A stretch of DNA of 53,402 bases, filler included, from Sluysia triapertura (taxonomy: Eukaryota): NCBI GenBank assembly GCA_046118255.1. It is 4 parts of 4 records of this genome, joined end to end, with 100 filler letters (N's around TTAATTAATTAA, not from the genome) between each part and the next. Parts side by side here need not be neighbours in the genome. Positions count along the whole stretch, not along the records: positions 37,388 to 53,402 come from JBJNIA010209702.1; 3 more parts are not named here. The stretch is one strand, 5' to 3'. Position numbers and translations under genes: made by a program. The notes under the pieces were generated by a model. The model was not told the DNA's origin. It saw nothing but the letters and a program-made list of their open reading frames with translations, and did no database searches. Each line of letters begins with the position of its first letter. Position 1 is the first letter of the stretch. Positions 52,752 through 53,402 of the stretch are shown here, in pieces.

Positions 52752-52994
52752 AAAAAAATGATTTTATTACAATGAGCAGTTATTGTCCCGAAACAAAAAT
52801 AAAATTAAATATGAATTGTACAATTGAAGAACTTCCATGTAATGATTTTTTGCTGAAAATCTTAGATTCTGAAAATATGGTAGCTGAATTTTATTTTATC
52901 CATTATAAATTTTTAAAAGTACTTAATTATAAATATTGTACGTTTTTATGTTATCGAAAGTATTTGTTCTTCACATTAAAGATTTTTATCAACA
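52752..52994 (+). CDS. PAN-protein internal exon, module B2
   Basis: Polypyrimidine tract with CAG acceptor and A|GTTAGT donor, open phase 1-1; MNCTIEELPC...KYCTFLC. Confidence 0.82.
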
Positions 52995-53402
52995 GTTAGT
53001 TAATTAAATTATTAATTCATGAGATGTTGTTATTTTAAAAGAAAAAGTGTCTTCAATTTTCAAATAAATATTCATAGCAAGATAAATCTATACTTATTAT
53101 TATTGTTGTGCATACAATAAAAACTCTTCGTGTACATTAATTGGATTTATAATCAAATCTTAAAATATAATCAAATATCAGAAAAACAAATTTTATAGCA
53201 TTCTTGATTTTTTTAAGTATTGTAAAGATTAATTATTAATAAGAAAATTTCTTTGTAAAACTATCTAAAATTTAATTACACCAAAAAACTCCATTAAAAA
53301 CAATAAAATTATTGCTAATAATTACATTATAGAAAAATATTATGTAAATTAAAAATTAAGTCAAAAAGTAATAACATAATAATAAACAATAAGTGAATAA
53401 AA

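Overview
Very AT-rich eukaryotic nuclear DNA from an animal. Composition, (ATT)n microsatellites and repeat content are consistent with a planarian-type flatworm, which is inference only. The window is four contigs joined by three artificial 100-nt spacers (N44-TTAATTAATTAA-N44), so adjacency across them is unproven. Most of it is intronic or intergenic with decayed mobile elements (Gypsy gag and pol, CR1/L2- and RTE-like LINEs, hAT-like, piggyBac, Tc1/mariner, a possible Helitron end). Host coding sequence recovered by splicing: (i) a five-exon partial gene for a secreted or surface protein with a signal peptide, a PAN/Apple domain and alternating cysteine-containing modules in phase-1 exons; (ii) a lone 52-nt MAP2K4/MKK4-like exon; (iii) two exons of a glucose-6-phosphatase-like gene with PSGH changed to LSNR; (iv) a basigin-like transmembrane exon; (v) several degenerate receptor-like remnants. 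Best leads: a four-copy ~150-bp TGTT...AACA element with 4-bp flanking duplications that carries an internal tRNA-Cys-like gene; the A-B-A-B modular PAN protein; a tandem pair of hairpins whose mismatches are all G-U on the minus strand; and a 53-bp-periodic palindromic array. All family assignments come from motif recognition by eye, not database searches.
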